DNA from: Candidatus Methanoxibalbensis ujae
GTDB taxonomy: Archaea; Halobacteriota; Syntropharchaeia; Alkanophagales; Methanospirareceae
Assembly: GCA_026134085.1 (NCBI GenBank)
Contig: JAOQIN010000008.1
Coordinates: 1-56,890 of the forward strand
Reading direction: 5' to 3'
DNA length: 56,890 nt
Shown: positions 1 through 9,534 of the stretch, one piece after another
Layout: the number at the start of each line of letters is the position of its first letter
How positions within the stretch are numbered: the first letter of the stretch is position 1
Position numbers and translations under genes: made by a program
Notes under the pieces: generated by a model
Told to the model about the DNA's origin: nothing
The model's input: the letters and a program-made list of their open reading frames with translations, nothing else
Databases searched by the model: none

Positions 1-327
1 AAAGCCGATGCTATTGTTATAGGCAGTCCGGTTTATTTCAACAATGTATCCGCCCAAACTAAAGCCTTCATAGACCGTACATGGTGTATTAGAGGACGAC
101 TTAGAAACAAAATTGGTGGTGCAATTGTTGTTGGTCGAAGATACGGTATAGAAAGTGCTATTACTGCTATTAATGCTTTCTTCCTTAAACATGAGATGAT
201 CGTAGCAAACAGAGGTGTTTGTGGGATAGCCTTTGAAGAAGGAGAAGTAATAAAAGATACAGAAGCTATTAACGCTGCTAAAAAACTTGGAGAACGAATA
301 AAGGAACTTGGAAAGATAAAAATATGA
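1..327 (+). CDS. Flavodoxin-like / iron-sulfur flavoprotein (NADPH-dependent FMN reductase family), 5'-truncated by window edge
   Basis: Frame 1 reads KADAIVIGSPVYFNNVSAQTKAFIDRT...NKIGGAIVVG to TGA at 325-327; GSPVYF...K.FIDR is the family motif. Confidence 0.85.
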   Translation, partial: KADAIVIGSPVYFNNVSAQTKAFIDRTWCIRGRLRNKIGGAIVVGRRYGIESAITAINAFFLKHEMIVANRGVCGIAFEEGEVIKDTEAINAAKKLGERIKELGKIKI

Positions 328-476
328 TATGAGATTTTTGTCAGCTGCGTATAACTCATCTTTCCCGTTCTCCACCACAACCTCTTCAATTTCCTTTCTT
401 CTTTGTTGATGATGATGTCCTCTTCTTCTCCTTCTTCTGAAAATATCAAGAAAACCCATATGCTCTCACCCCGTTC

Positions 477-1013
477 TCACGCTATTCCCAAGAATCCCTT
501 TGTCCTCCTGTTCAGCTTAGATGAGTCTTGACCCAAACTTATCATCAGGTTCTCAACTGCATTGATGGCTGAAAGGTGGCAGAGCAATGCGAAAGCCCTC
601 AAATCCATGAGGTTGAACACATCTCAAGGAGGGATGCTCCTATCCTCATGAAAGGGAGCGAGTATATCAAAGACCTGAGGATTGGAAGTCTGTATGTGAG
701 ATATCATGATACCTGAAGGTTCTTTCCGTAATCTCTTGCATTGATGAAGACTTGATATGGCTTCAGTCTGTATCCCCTGCTCCTGACAATGATGTCCCCC
801 CTTTCAAACTTTATCGGTGCTTTGCTCTCCTCAAGATACCTCTGAATCTCTCCAAAAACTCTCTCCGCTTTTCCATCGCCGTCCTTAATCAATCCAGCTC
901 TCTATCACCCTCTCCCTCTTCAGAAGCTTCGGAATCTTCCTTTTGAAAATGCCTGAAATCTCTTCTATCCTCGTTTTGAGTCCTTGCGCCCCATCAGGAG
1001 CAGAACCCCTCAT
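477..1013 (-). pseudogene. Disrupted hypothetical gene (frameshifts plus nonsense codon)
   Basis: Protein-like text continues across frames: ...KRERVIESW / IKDGDGKAERVF...ARDYGKNLQVS*YLTYR... / DVFNLMDLRAF...KLNRRTKGFLGIA*; in-frame TGA near 704. Confidence 0.55.
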
Positions 1014-1193
1014 GCCCGTAGGCATAAATTAAAAAGTATCCAAAAATACAGAACCATTTACACATTTTCTCATATTCTCTTTCCTCTTTTCTTCCTTCAT
1101 CATTCTCTCTTATTCTCTATTCTCCCGCCGTATGCTGAGCATGCGTCCCTCCCACCCGCAAGTTTTTAAATTTAGAAAAATTTATGAAGGAAG

Positions 1194-1458
1194 ATGAAGC
1201 CTGTCAGGGAGTGTTCTGTTCTGAAAATGAGACCCAAGAAAAACATAGAGTATCCACTGATCAGATTAACCCAAAGAATACAAGCATTTAATTGGTAAGA
1301 GGGCTTCAATTTACGAATTAGACAGAAATAAGTTCCTTATTTTTGTTGATGATAGTGTTGATGATAGATTATATAACTTATATAACCATTCTTCGCTTAA
1401 TGGCGTCGCAGTGCATCACAATCATCCACTATCGACAGATTTCAGAGATGCAGGATAA
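1194..1458 (+). pseudogene. Frameshifted small gene abutting tRNA-Glu 3' end (possible Int(N)-like remnant)
   Basis: MKPVRECSVLKMRPKKNIEYPLIRL then, after one extra base (~1269), PKEYKHLIGKRASIYELDRNKFLIFVD...AG*; span is 265 nt = 88 codons + 1. Confidence 0.5.
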
Positions 1459-1463
1459 AGGAA

Positions 1464-1538
1464 TGCTCCGGCCGGGATTTGAACCCGGGTCTTCGGCTCG
1501 AAAGGCCGGAATGATTGGCCGGGCTACACCACCGGAGC
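1464..1538 (-). tRNA. tRNA-Glu (TTC)
   Basis: Reverse complement GCTCCGGTGGTGTAGCCCGGCCAATCATTCCGGC-CTTTCGA-GCCGAAGACCCGGGTTCAAATCCCGGCCGGAGCA folds as a cloverleaf with GTTCAAATC T-loop. Confidence 0.95.
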
Positions 1539-1593
1539 ATCTCTCTTTTTTCAATTAAAAAAGGAATGAGAGTGCAGGCGCGGTCTCTGAAAA

Positions 1594-1965
1594 TCAGCCG
1601 AACAGTGCTGCGAGACCCGCCATACCCTCTTCTTCCTTCTTCTCCTCTTCCTCCTCTTCCTTCTTCTCCTCCTTCTTCGCCTCTGCCGCAGGTGCTTTTG
1701 CTGGAGCTTCTGCTGGAGCTTCTGCTGGAGCTGCTGGCACTGCCTGTGCTGCTTGTACTGCTGGAGCTGCTGGAGCTGCTGCGAAAGCGGGCTGAGCCTG
1801 AGATATGGCTTCATCTATGTTCACGCCGTCCAACGCACTGATAAGCACTTTCACACGCCCCCTGTCAACCTGAATGCCTGCTGCCTCAAGCACCGCCGAG
1901 ACCTTCTCCTCAGTTATCTCCGCTCCAGCACTGTGCAAGAGCAAAACAGCATATATGTATTCCAT
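1594..1965 (-). CDS. rpl12: 50S ribosomal stalk protein L12 (aP1)
   Basis: [14 protein letters not shown] start, Ala/Pro hinge, acidic tail ending GLAALFG; GGAGG Shine-Dalgarno upstream. Confidence 0.97.
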   Translation of the reverse strand: MEYIYAVLLLHSAGAEITEEKVSAVLEAAGIQVDRGRVKVLISALDGVNIDEAISQAQPAFAAAPAAPAVQAAQAVPAAPAEAPAEAPAKAPAAEAKKEEKKEEEEEEKKEEEGMAGLAALFG

Positions 1966-2147
1966 ACTCACTTTCCTTCTCACCTCCACCTCGTCTGGCT
2001 TGCTTATTTATTTTTTTGATAAATGCATAAAAGCATATCGCCACACTCGCCGCCCTGCAAAGCAGCTCTTAATTCAGAATAATCAAATTTTTCTTTTTTG
2101 ATGATCGTGGCATGATCCAACGGCGGAGAGGGATGGAGGGATAGGAA

Positions 2148-2735
2148 ATGGACGACTTGCGCGAGAAAATCGCGGATATCGGCAGAAGAACAGTGCTTGC
2201 TGGTCTCGTAAATGCAAATTTCGGCAACATAAGTGTGAGAAAGGGAGATAAAATGCTGATATCGCGCACAGGCGCGTTTCTTGACATGCTTCATGTGAAG
2301 GAGAACCTCGTTGAGGTTGAGATCTCATGTGAACATGTGCCGCCTGAGGCCTCTTCAGAAGTTGATGTCCATCGTGAGATATACAGAGAAACAGATGCAC
2401 ATGCAATACTGCACACACACTCACCTTTCGTGGTTGCGATCTCCATTGTGAAGGGGAAGAATGCATGCTTTCGTCCGGAGGATGTTGAGGGAACCCTTCT
2501 CATCGGCGAGATACCCATAGTGAGCGGCGAGCCTGGAAGCAATGAGCTTGCAAGAAACCTCGCATCAGCGTTGAAATCACACAGATATGCGATTGCACAC
2601 GCACACGGCGGATTCGCCATCGGGAACACAATAGAAGATGCATTTATCATAGCGGCAGCAGCCGAGCATTCGTGCAAGGTGAAGCTGTTAGCCGATGTTC
2701 TCAGACTATTAGCCGATGTTCTCAGACGCAGATGA
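2148..2735 (+). CDS. Class II aldolase/adducin family (L-fuculose-phosphate aldolase-like)
   Basis: GNISVR, ASSE..VH..IY, HTHSP and HG motifs; C-terminal 21-nt duplication gives LLADVLR twice. Confidence 0.88.
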   Translation: MDDLREKIADIGRRTVLAGLVNANFGNISVRKGDKMLISRTGAFLDMLHVKENLVEVEISCEHVPPEASSEVDVHREIYRETDAHAILHTHSPFVVAISIVKGKNACFRPEDVEGTLLIGEIPIVSGEPGSNELARNLASALKSHRYAIAHAHGGFAIGNTIEDAFIIAAAAEHSCKVKLLADVLRLLADVLRRR

Positions 2736-2756
2736 GCAGCGAGAGGGTGATGAATA

Positions 2757-3326
2757 ATGAGACCTCTCACACCTCCTTCACTGAGAGAGCGACGCAGATA
2801 TATCGTGTTTGAGATCATATACGAAGAGCACAGAAAAAAGCACGAGAAGCACGAGAAAAAAAATCAAGAATCTGAAAAAGAGAGAGAAAACAGAGAAGAA
2901 AAAGCGGAGAAAGAGGAAATAAAGGAGAAAAAGGAAACAAAAGAGGAGAAAAAAAAGGTAAAAAAGGTAAAAAAGGAAAGAGAGGAGGAAGGAAAGGGAG
3001 AAAAAGGAGAAGAGAGCAAAATAAAAGACGAGGAGGGAATAAGCGAGAGAGCACTGTTGCGGGCGATATGGGATGCGTTGTATTCACTTTATGGTGATAT
3101 TGGCGTAAGTGAGTGTGGCATTTGGCTCATTGATTATGATGAAAAAAGGGGAGTGGGAATTTTACGATGCACTCATACGAAAGTTGAAGCTGTAAGGGCT
3201 GCGCTTGCATGCATACACATGATAAACGGAAGGCGCACATGCATCAGGGGCGTGGTCACATCAGGCACTATAAAAGCAGCAAGGAGGCGCAGCACGCGAA
3301 TTAAGCCATTTCGCTTCAGGAGCTGA
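2757..3326 (+). CDS. rnp2: RNase P protein Pop5 (Rpp14/Pop5 family) with a ~68-aa Lys/Glu insertion
   Basis: PPSLRERRRYIVFEI...LYGDIG...GILRC...TSGTIKAAR. Confidence 0.9.
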   Translation: MRPLTPPSLRERRRYIVFEIIYEEHRKKHEKHEKKNQESEKERENREEKAEKEEIKEKKETKEEKKKVKKVKKEREEEGKGEKGEESKIKDEEGISERALLRAIWDALYSLYGDIGVSECGIWLIDYDEKRGVGILRCTHTKVEAVRAALACIHMINGRRTCIRGVVTSGTIKAARRRSTRIKPFRFRS

Positions 3327-3375
3327 TTGATTTGATTTCTGTGCGTTTCTTTGCGTTTCTGTGCGTTGAGTGTCA

Positions 3376-4677
3376 TCATCTGTTCAGAGCGCTTACGAGC
3401 CTCTCCGAAACCTCTTTAACCTTTTCTTTTATCCTGTATTCATCCTCAACACGCCTCTCATGCATGAGAATATTTCCGTCACATATCACAGTGTCAACGC
3501 AGTTTCCGTTTGCAGAAAACACTATATTTGATATGAGATTGTGATTTGGCACAAAACACTCACAGCTCAGGTCAACAAGAAGGATATCCGCGAGTTTTCC
3601 AACTGCTATCTCGCCAGCATTGAAGTTGAATGCACGAGCAGCGTTGACTGTTGCCATCTCAAAAACTTCATGAGCCGGCATAGCTGTGGGGTCTTTTCTG
3701 TGGGATTTCTGGAGCAGTGATGCGATTTTCATCTCCTCAAACATGTCAAGATTGTTGTTTGAAGCACATCCATCAGTGCCTAAGAGTATATTTCCACGCA
3801 TCCCAGCCCTCTTCATCTCCTCGTAAGGCATCACACCGGATGCGAGTTTCATGTTTGATGATGGGTTATGCGCTATTTTCACGCCTTTATCTCTCAATAT
3901 CCCGATCTCCTTCTTGCTGACAGCGATGCAATGTGCTGCGACGACGCGCTCGTTGAGGAAATCAATTGACTCAAGGAACTCAACAGGGCGCCTGCCATAT
4001 CTTCTCATGCATTCTTCAACCTCCCATGCGGTTTCTGACAGATGGATATGCACAATCAAGTCATTCTTCTGCGAGAAATCACGAATCCAGCACAGACTTT
4101 CCTCGGATACTGTGTATACCGCGTGAGGACCCAGTGTGAAAATTATCCTGCCGTCTGAGCTGAACTCCGCATATTCGGATAACATCTGCCTGCTGCGCCT
4201 CATCTGCTCTCTCGCAATCTCCTCATCAAATCTGTCTATGAACACCGCTGATATTGCCGCCCTGATCCCGCTTTCAGCCACCGCTCTCGCAGTTCCTCGC
4301 CAGTGCCAGTACATGTCGTTGAAGAATGTTGTGCCTGTCTTTATCATCTCAAGACATGCGAGGCGTGCCCCCCAGTACACATCATCCTCCGTCAGGAGCG
4401 CTTCCATGGGCCATATCCTCTCTTTCAACCACTTATCAAGCGGCATGTCATCTGCGAATCCGCGGAAAAGTGTCATGGCAGCATGCGTGTGCGCATTGAA
4501 AAGAGAGGGGATCGCGGCCTTACCGCAACCATCTATCACATATTCAGCTTCCGCAGACCTCGCTCCACCTCCAACTGCTGCGCCACTGCTCTCACTTATT
4601 TCCACTATTTGCCTGCCTTCTATGCGAATATCTCTCTCCTTTCCGTTAAGCAGAACATTTTTTATCAGTATGGACAT
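3376..4677 (-). CDS. Amidohydrolase, MTA/SAH/5'-deoxyadenosine deaminase family
   Basis: NAHTHAAMTLFRG, PHAVYT, HIHLSET, HNPSSNMKLASG, GTDG.ASNN.LDMFEEM. Confidence 0.9.
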   Translation of the reverse strand: MSILIKNVLLNGKERDIRIEGRQIVEISESSGAAVGGGARSAEAEYVIDGCGKAAIPSLFNAHTHAAMTLFRGFADDMPLDKWLKERIWPMEALLTEDDVYWGARLACLEMIKTGTTFFNDMYWHWRGTARAVAESGIRAAISAVFIDRFDEEIAREQMRRSRQMLSEYAEFSSDGRIIFTLGPHAVYTVSEESLCWIRDFSQKNDLIVHIHLSETAWEVEECMRRYGRRPVEFLESIDFLNERVVAAHCIAVSKKEIGILRDKGVKIAHNPSSNMKLASGVMPYEEMKRAGMRGNILLGTDGCASNNNLDMFEEMKIASLLQKSHRKDPTAMPAHEVFEMATVNAARAFNFNAGEIAVGKLADILLVDLSCECFVPNHNLISNIVFSANGNCVDTVICDGNILMHERRVEDEYRIKEKVKEVSERLVSALNR

Positions 4678-4736
4678 TTTTCAACACCTCCCGCACCGCA
4701 CCGCATCGCACAGACCGCACAGCACATTGCTCAATC

Positions 4737-5540
4737 TCAAATCTCAAAAAGATAGCTGAGAGATATTGCGAATATGCCTCCTGACAGTGTTGCGAGTATG
4801 TTCACCTCATGATTGTTAAGGCGGCTGCGATTTTCAAGTGTCGCGCCGAATATGCTGTCCGCAATGCTTCCAAAGAATCCGGAAATCGTTATGAGTGCTG
4901 AAAGAACATGCGGCGCAATGCTCACTGAACGGACAGCTGATGATGGTGGAATTATGAGATTCAGCAGACCATTGCTCTGACCATAAAGCAGCGACATGGG
5001 CACTGCTATCAATGAGGAGCCGAGCAGTGCTGCAAGAAGCCCCTGAACACTCACTCCCCCATTTGTTCCAACAGGAACACGCTTTAAATTTGTGATGAGC
5101 CTCGGATTTCTGCACAGTGCCTGTCCTATTTCCGTGGAGAACGTGTCCGCGCATGCAGTTGCAACAGCACCGGAAAATCCAAGCAGGAAGAGCGGGTTGT
5201 GTGATATCCCATATGCCACACAGAATATCGCAGACGAAAGACCGTTTCCAAGCACATTTTGAAGCGTCCGCATACCTTTATGCGACTCGGCAACTCCTAT
5301 ACGCATTTTCTCATTATACCTGTAAAAAGTGACGAGAGTTCCGAAAACAAAAAAAAGAAGCAATGCAACGACTCCCGTATATCCAACTGTCAGCAACACA
5401 ACAAAACCGACAACAAAAGCGCCTGAAAGCGCGGATATGTCTATCTTCCTCATTCTGTATGCATATAAAAGGAGGAGAGAGGATATCGCAACAACAATTG
5501 CCGTTGTTTCCACTGTCAATATCCCTCCCATATCTCTCAA
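4737..5540 (-). CDS. DUF92/TMEM19 membrane protein
   Basis: NVLGNG, ADTFSTEIG, P.GTNGGVS..G, DS..GATLE, NHEVN motifs; multiple TM segments. Confidence 0.9.
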   Translation of the reverse strand: MRDMGGILTVETTAIVVAISSLLLLYAYRMRKIDISALSGAFVVGFVVLLTVGYTGVVALLLFFVFGTLVTFYRYNEKMRIGVAESHKGMRTLQNVLGNGLSSAIFCVAYGISHNPLFLLGFSGAVATACADTFSTEIGQALCRNPRLITNLKRVPVGTNGGVSVQGLLAALLGSSLIAVPMSLLYGQSNGLLNLIIPPSSAVRSVSIAPHVLSALITISGFFGSIADSIFGATLENRSRLNNHEVNILATLSGGIFAISLSYLFEI

Positions 5541-5635
5541 CCACTTATGCTATTTTATCTTTTCCCTCCGTGCTGACGCATGATGAATGGGTGATGAGAT
5601 ATCCTGAAATAAGACAGATGAATAAATGAATAAAG

Positions 5636-7033
5636 ATGAGGACAGGCGCTGTTCTGACGGTTGGAGGCTCCGACAGCAGCTGTGGTGCCGGCATTCAGGC
5701 GGACTTGAAGACATTCGCAGCGCTCGGCGTTGAATGCGCGTGCGTCATAACTGCGGTGACCGCGCAGAGCGTCAGAGGTGTGAGAGGCATATCGGAGATT
5801 CCAGCAACATTCGTCAGGTCACAGCTGGAAGCGGTGATGGAGGATCATGAAATTGAATATGCGAAAACAGGCATGCTTTACTCAGCAAATATCGTGAATA
5901 TTGTTTCTGATGTTTTTGAGGAGAACAATGTGAAATTTGTTCTTGATCCTGTGATGAGGGCAGGCACAGGCGATACTCTGCTTAATCAAGATGCACTTGA
6001 TACAATGATAAAACGACTTCTCCCCATTTCATCTGTTGTGACCCCGAATGTGCACGAGGCAGAGGCGATTTCAGGTGTTAAAATAGAAACAATTGAGGAA
6101 GCTCGTGAAGCTGCTGTGAAAATTGCTGAGTTGGGCGCTCGCACCATAATCATAAAAGGAGGGCACCTTCGCCCGCAGACAGACTCTGAAATCGCCGCTG
6201 ACATCATATATGATGCTGAAAAAGATGAATTTGAGACAATTAAAAGCAGATTTATCAGAAAGGAGCATGTGCACAGAACACATGGCGCGGGCTGCACATT
6301 CTCAGCCGCGCTGACAGCAGCACTTGCAAGGGGATATGCTCTCAAAGAAGCGGCAATGCTCGCTAAAAATTTCGTTTCTGATGCGATAAAATTCGGTGAT
6401 GTCTTTGAGAATGTCGTTATTGTGAATCAGACAGCTTCAATTTTGAGAAGGGCATATCGCCATGCAGTGATTGAAACCATGAAAGATGCAGTTGAGCAGT
6501 TGAGGCAGATGGAAGCGTTCCGCATGCTCATACCTGAGGTCGGCTCAAATCTCGGAATGGCATCTGAAGACGCACACAATGAATATGATGTTGCAGCGAT
6601 TGATGGCAGAATCACACACACAAAAAATGGATTTCGCATCGGAAACATAGAATTTGGAGCGAGTAGCCATGTTGCTCGCGCTATCTTAACAATGATGCAA
6701 TTTAACAGAGCAATAAAAAGTGCGATAAATGTGAAATATTCTCCTGAAATCGTTGAAATTTGTGAGCGCCTTTTCGTAGTTGCATCATTTGAGAGGGAGA
6801 AAGAGCCTGAGGGGGCCAAAACAATGGAGTGGGGTGTTCGCAGCGCCGTTCTGAAAGCACTGAAAGAGCATGGAACCGTTCCAGATGTGATTTTTGACCG
6901 CGGTGCCGTCGGAAAAGAGCCGATTATACGGATTTTCGGCAGAGATGCTGTTGAAGTCGTCGAGAAGGTGGGAAGAATATTGGAAAGCGTTAAATGCAAT
7001 GAATCCTTCTTTTCGTTTGAAAAAGCTCATTGA
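5636..7033 (+). CDS. thiDN: Bifunctional HMP/HMP-P kinase ThiD fused to thiamine-phosphate synthase ThiN
   Basis: GSDSSCGAGIQADLKT, HGAGCTFSAA; C-terminal IPEVGSN, FGASSHVAR, GKEP. Confidence 0.93.
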   Translation: MRTGAVLTVGGSDSSCGAGIQADLKTFAALGVECACVITAVTAQSVRGVRGISEIPATFVRSQLEAVMEDHEIEYAKTGMLYSANIVNIVSDVFEENNVKFVLDPVMRAGTGDTLLNQDALDTMIKRLLPISSVVTPNVHEAEAISGVKIETIEEAREAAVKIAELGARTIIIKGGHLRPQTDSEIAADIIYDAEKDEFETIKSRFIRKEHVHRTHGAGCTFSAALTAALARGYALKEAAMLAKNFVSDAIKFGDVFENVVIVNQTASILRRAYRHAVIETMKDAVEQLRQMEAFRMLIPEVGSNLGMASEDAHNEYDVAAIDGRITHTKNGFRIGNIEFGASSHVARAILTMMQFNRAIKSAINVKYSPEIVEICERLFVVASFEREKEPEGAKTMEWGVRSAVLKALKEHGTVPDVIFDRGAVGKEPIIRIFGRDAVEVVEKVGRILESVKCNESFFSFEKAH

Positions 7034-7257
7034 AAGGCGGGCATGATAATTACGACTCCATTTGTAATATGCAAATGTTATGAATGTTATATATGTAGGT
7101 AACAAAATAAAATATTGAGAGCACTTAATCTTATTATAAGATTCAATCGTCGGCAACCTTTATATATGGGGGGCATGATCATAGATTCGAGAGGAGGCAT
7201 CGCTGAGGGAGAAAGGAGATCCCCGATATACGGGGAAATGAGAAATATCAGAGGCTG
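7034..7257 (+). promoter_or_regulatory. Putative CRISPR leader
   Basis: Non-coding stretch, AT-rich in its first ~130 bp, with a TATA-like TTTATATA (~7159), ending directly 5' of the first repeat. Confidence 0.6.
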
Positions 7258-8895
7258 GTTAAACACGGACTATGGTAGGATTGAAAGACAGACAACTGGA
7301 CAAATTGGGAATCGGTGGAAAGAGGTTAAACACGGACTATGGTAGGATTGAAAGTGTCCCAGATCGTGTATGTGAATTGCTCCGCTCAGAGGTTAAACAC
7401 GGACTATGGTAGGATTGAAAGAGAGGTGATAATATGGAAAGTTGTAAAGAGAGAATCAGTTAAACACGGACTATGGTAGGATTGAAAGCTAAAATCTACG
7501 AAAAGGACACAATAATGAAAATAGGTTAAACACGGACTATGGTAGGATTGAAAGAGGTATGTCGTATTTGTAATGGTCATAGCTGAACATAAGTTAAACA
7601 CGGACTATGGTAGGATTGAAAGACATCAACAGTTTCAGTTCCAAAACTAACAAAACAAGGTTAAACACGGACTATGGTAGGATTGAAAGTCTCGTCAGAG
7701 TGCTTGACAAGATTTGTAGAATTGCAAGTTAAACACGGACTATGGTAGGATTGAAAGAGTTCTCCTCCTGTTGTGACTGGCTCAAAAATTACTTGTTAAA
7801 CACGGACTATGGTAGGATTGAAAGCGCAGCTCTGTATTCAGATAAGAAGCGATACATCTTGCGTTAAACACGGACTATGGTAGGATTGAAAGCTTCTCAG
7901 GAGGAATGTGTAGTTTGGCTATAAGTTTGTTAAACACGGACTATGGTAGGATTGAAAGCTATCAGTTTCATGCTCTGTATTTTCATTTTCTGAGTTAAAC
8001 ACGGACTATGGTAGGATTGAAAGCAGGAGAACAGCCCGACCCACTCGTATTCTGCATTGTTAAACACGGACTATGGTAGGATTGAAAGCATCCTTGAACT
8101 TACGAATCGCTGTCCTGCTATCGGTTAAACACGGACTATGGTAGGATTGAAAGCTGCTCGGCTGGCACAAACTTTTCCCAGTTCATAACGTTAAACACGG
8201 ACTATGGTAGGATTGAAAGCCTTACCTCTGCTCTCTCACGGTTGTCTTCTCTTGATAAGTTAAACACGGACTATGGTAGGATTGAAAGTTCAGAATCTTT
8301 ATCATTGCTTCTTCTAGTGCTCTCTTAGTTAAACACGGACTATGGTAGGATTGAAAGAATCACCTCCCATTTTTGAGGCAAGAGCTCATTACTCTGTTAA
8401 ACACGGACTATGGTAGGATTGAAAGTTCAAGCTCTGCAATTCTCTCTTGAATTTCTGCAAGCGTTAAACACGGACTATGGTAGGATTGAAAGGCAGATAT
8501 CTCAAAATTCTCGTAAAGTCGTGCTACGAAGTTAAACACGGACTATGGTAGGATTGAAAGTATGTGAACATATCTATTTATCTAAATCTCAAAAAAGTTA
8601 AACACGGACTATGGTAGGATTGAAAGTATCTACTATCAGCACGCCAATATCACTAGAAAACGGATAAGTTAAACACGGACTATGGTAGGATTGAAAGAAG
8701 CCGCATCTTCATGTATGCTAACAAAGCCTCAAGGTTAAACACGGACTATGGTAGGATTGAAAGGCTAGCTCATTAGCTATTACATCACCAGGACCGCCAG
8801 TTAAACACGGACTATGGTAGGATTGAAAGCCCTTTCAGGAGAAAAAGGAAGGGGAAAGAAAAGCAGTTAAACACGGACTATGGTAGGATTGAAAG
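7258..8895 (+). CRISPR. CRISPR array: 25 copies of 30-bp repeat GTTAAACACGGACTATGGTAGGATTGAAAG, 24 spacers of about 35-41 bp
   Basis: Repeats counted by eye from 7258 to 8866 with no variant copy seen; the 3' ATTGAAAG handle gives the orientation. Confidence 0.99.
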
Positions 8896-8974
8896 AAAGA
8901 GGCATAAAGGGAGGATATAGCGAAAGTAAAAAAATATAGAGACGGATGATAGACTCAATCGTCCGCGTTGCTGC

Positions 8975-9415
8975 TCAGAGCCACCGTTCTATTCGTGCTG
9001 CAAGCATTTTTTTAGGAGCGGCTCCCTGAATGCTGTCGACGAGTCTTCCGTTTTTAAATATGAGGAGTGTGGGTATTGCCATTATTCCGAATGCAGCGGC
9101 TGTCCTGGGATTTTCATCAACATTGAGCTTGCCGAAAACAACTCTTCCCGCGTATTCACGTGCGAGCTCCTCAAGTATCGGTGCGATTATCCTGCAAGGA
9201 CCACACCACGGCGCCCAGCAGTCAAGCACGAGGAGCGGATATTTTCTCACTGATTCCTCAAGCGTGTCATCCCTTATCTCTATAGGCCTGTTTATAGTGC
9301 CTGTGCTGCTGCCTGTGGCGCTGCCTGTGCTGCTGCCTGTGATCTTCTCTCTGAGCCTCTTCTCCATCTCCATCCTCTTACGCTCTTTTATGCGTTCCAC
9401 TTCCTCATCCTCCAT
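8975..9415 (-). CDS. trxA: Thioredoxin
   Basis: WAPWCGPC active site, IPTL; N-terminal linker with TGSS repeats. Confidence 0.95.
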   Translation of the reverse strand: MEDEEVERIKERKRMEMEKRLREKITGSSTGSATGSSTGTINRPIEIRDDTLEESVRKYPLLVLDCWAPWCGPCRIIAPILEELAREYAGRVVFGKLNVDENPRTAAAFGIMAIPTLLIFKNGRLVDSIQGAAPKKMLAARIERWL

Positions 9416-9462
9416 TCCTCATCACCTGCCTCATCTTTTTCAACACTCTCCTTCCCCCTTCA

Positions 9463-9534
9463 TGTTCCCATGAGTGTTCCCTCAAGTGTTCCCATGAGTG
9501 TTCTCACGAGTGTTCTCATGAGTGTTCCCACGAG
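9463..9534. repeat. 12-bp tandem repeat x6 (TGTTCYCAYGAG) spanning the tes stop codon
   Basis: tgttcccatgag tgttccctcaag tgttcccatgag tgttctcacgag tgttctcatgag tgttcccacgag. Confidence 0.9.

Noticed and set aside
704..706. In-frame TGA as selenocysteine or recoding
   Set aside because: The same gene also has frameshifts, so pseudogenisation is the simpler explanation
7115..7601. ORFs 7115-7345 and 7404-7601
   Set aside because: Chance frames through the CRISPR leader and repeats
8830..8865. Last spacer resembles 45290-45313 (possible self-targeting)
   Set aside because: Only a gapped match between low-complexity purine tracts
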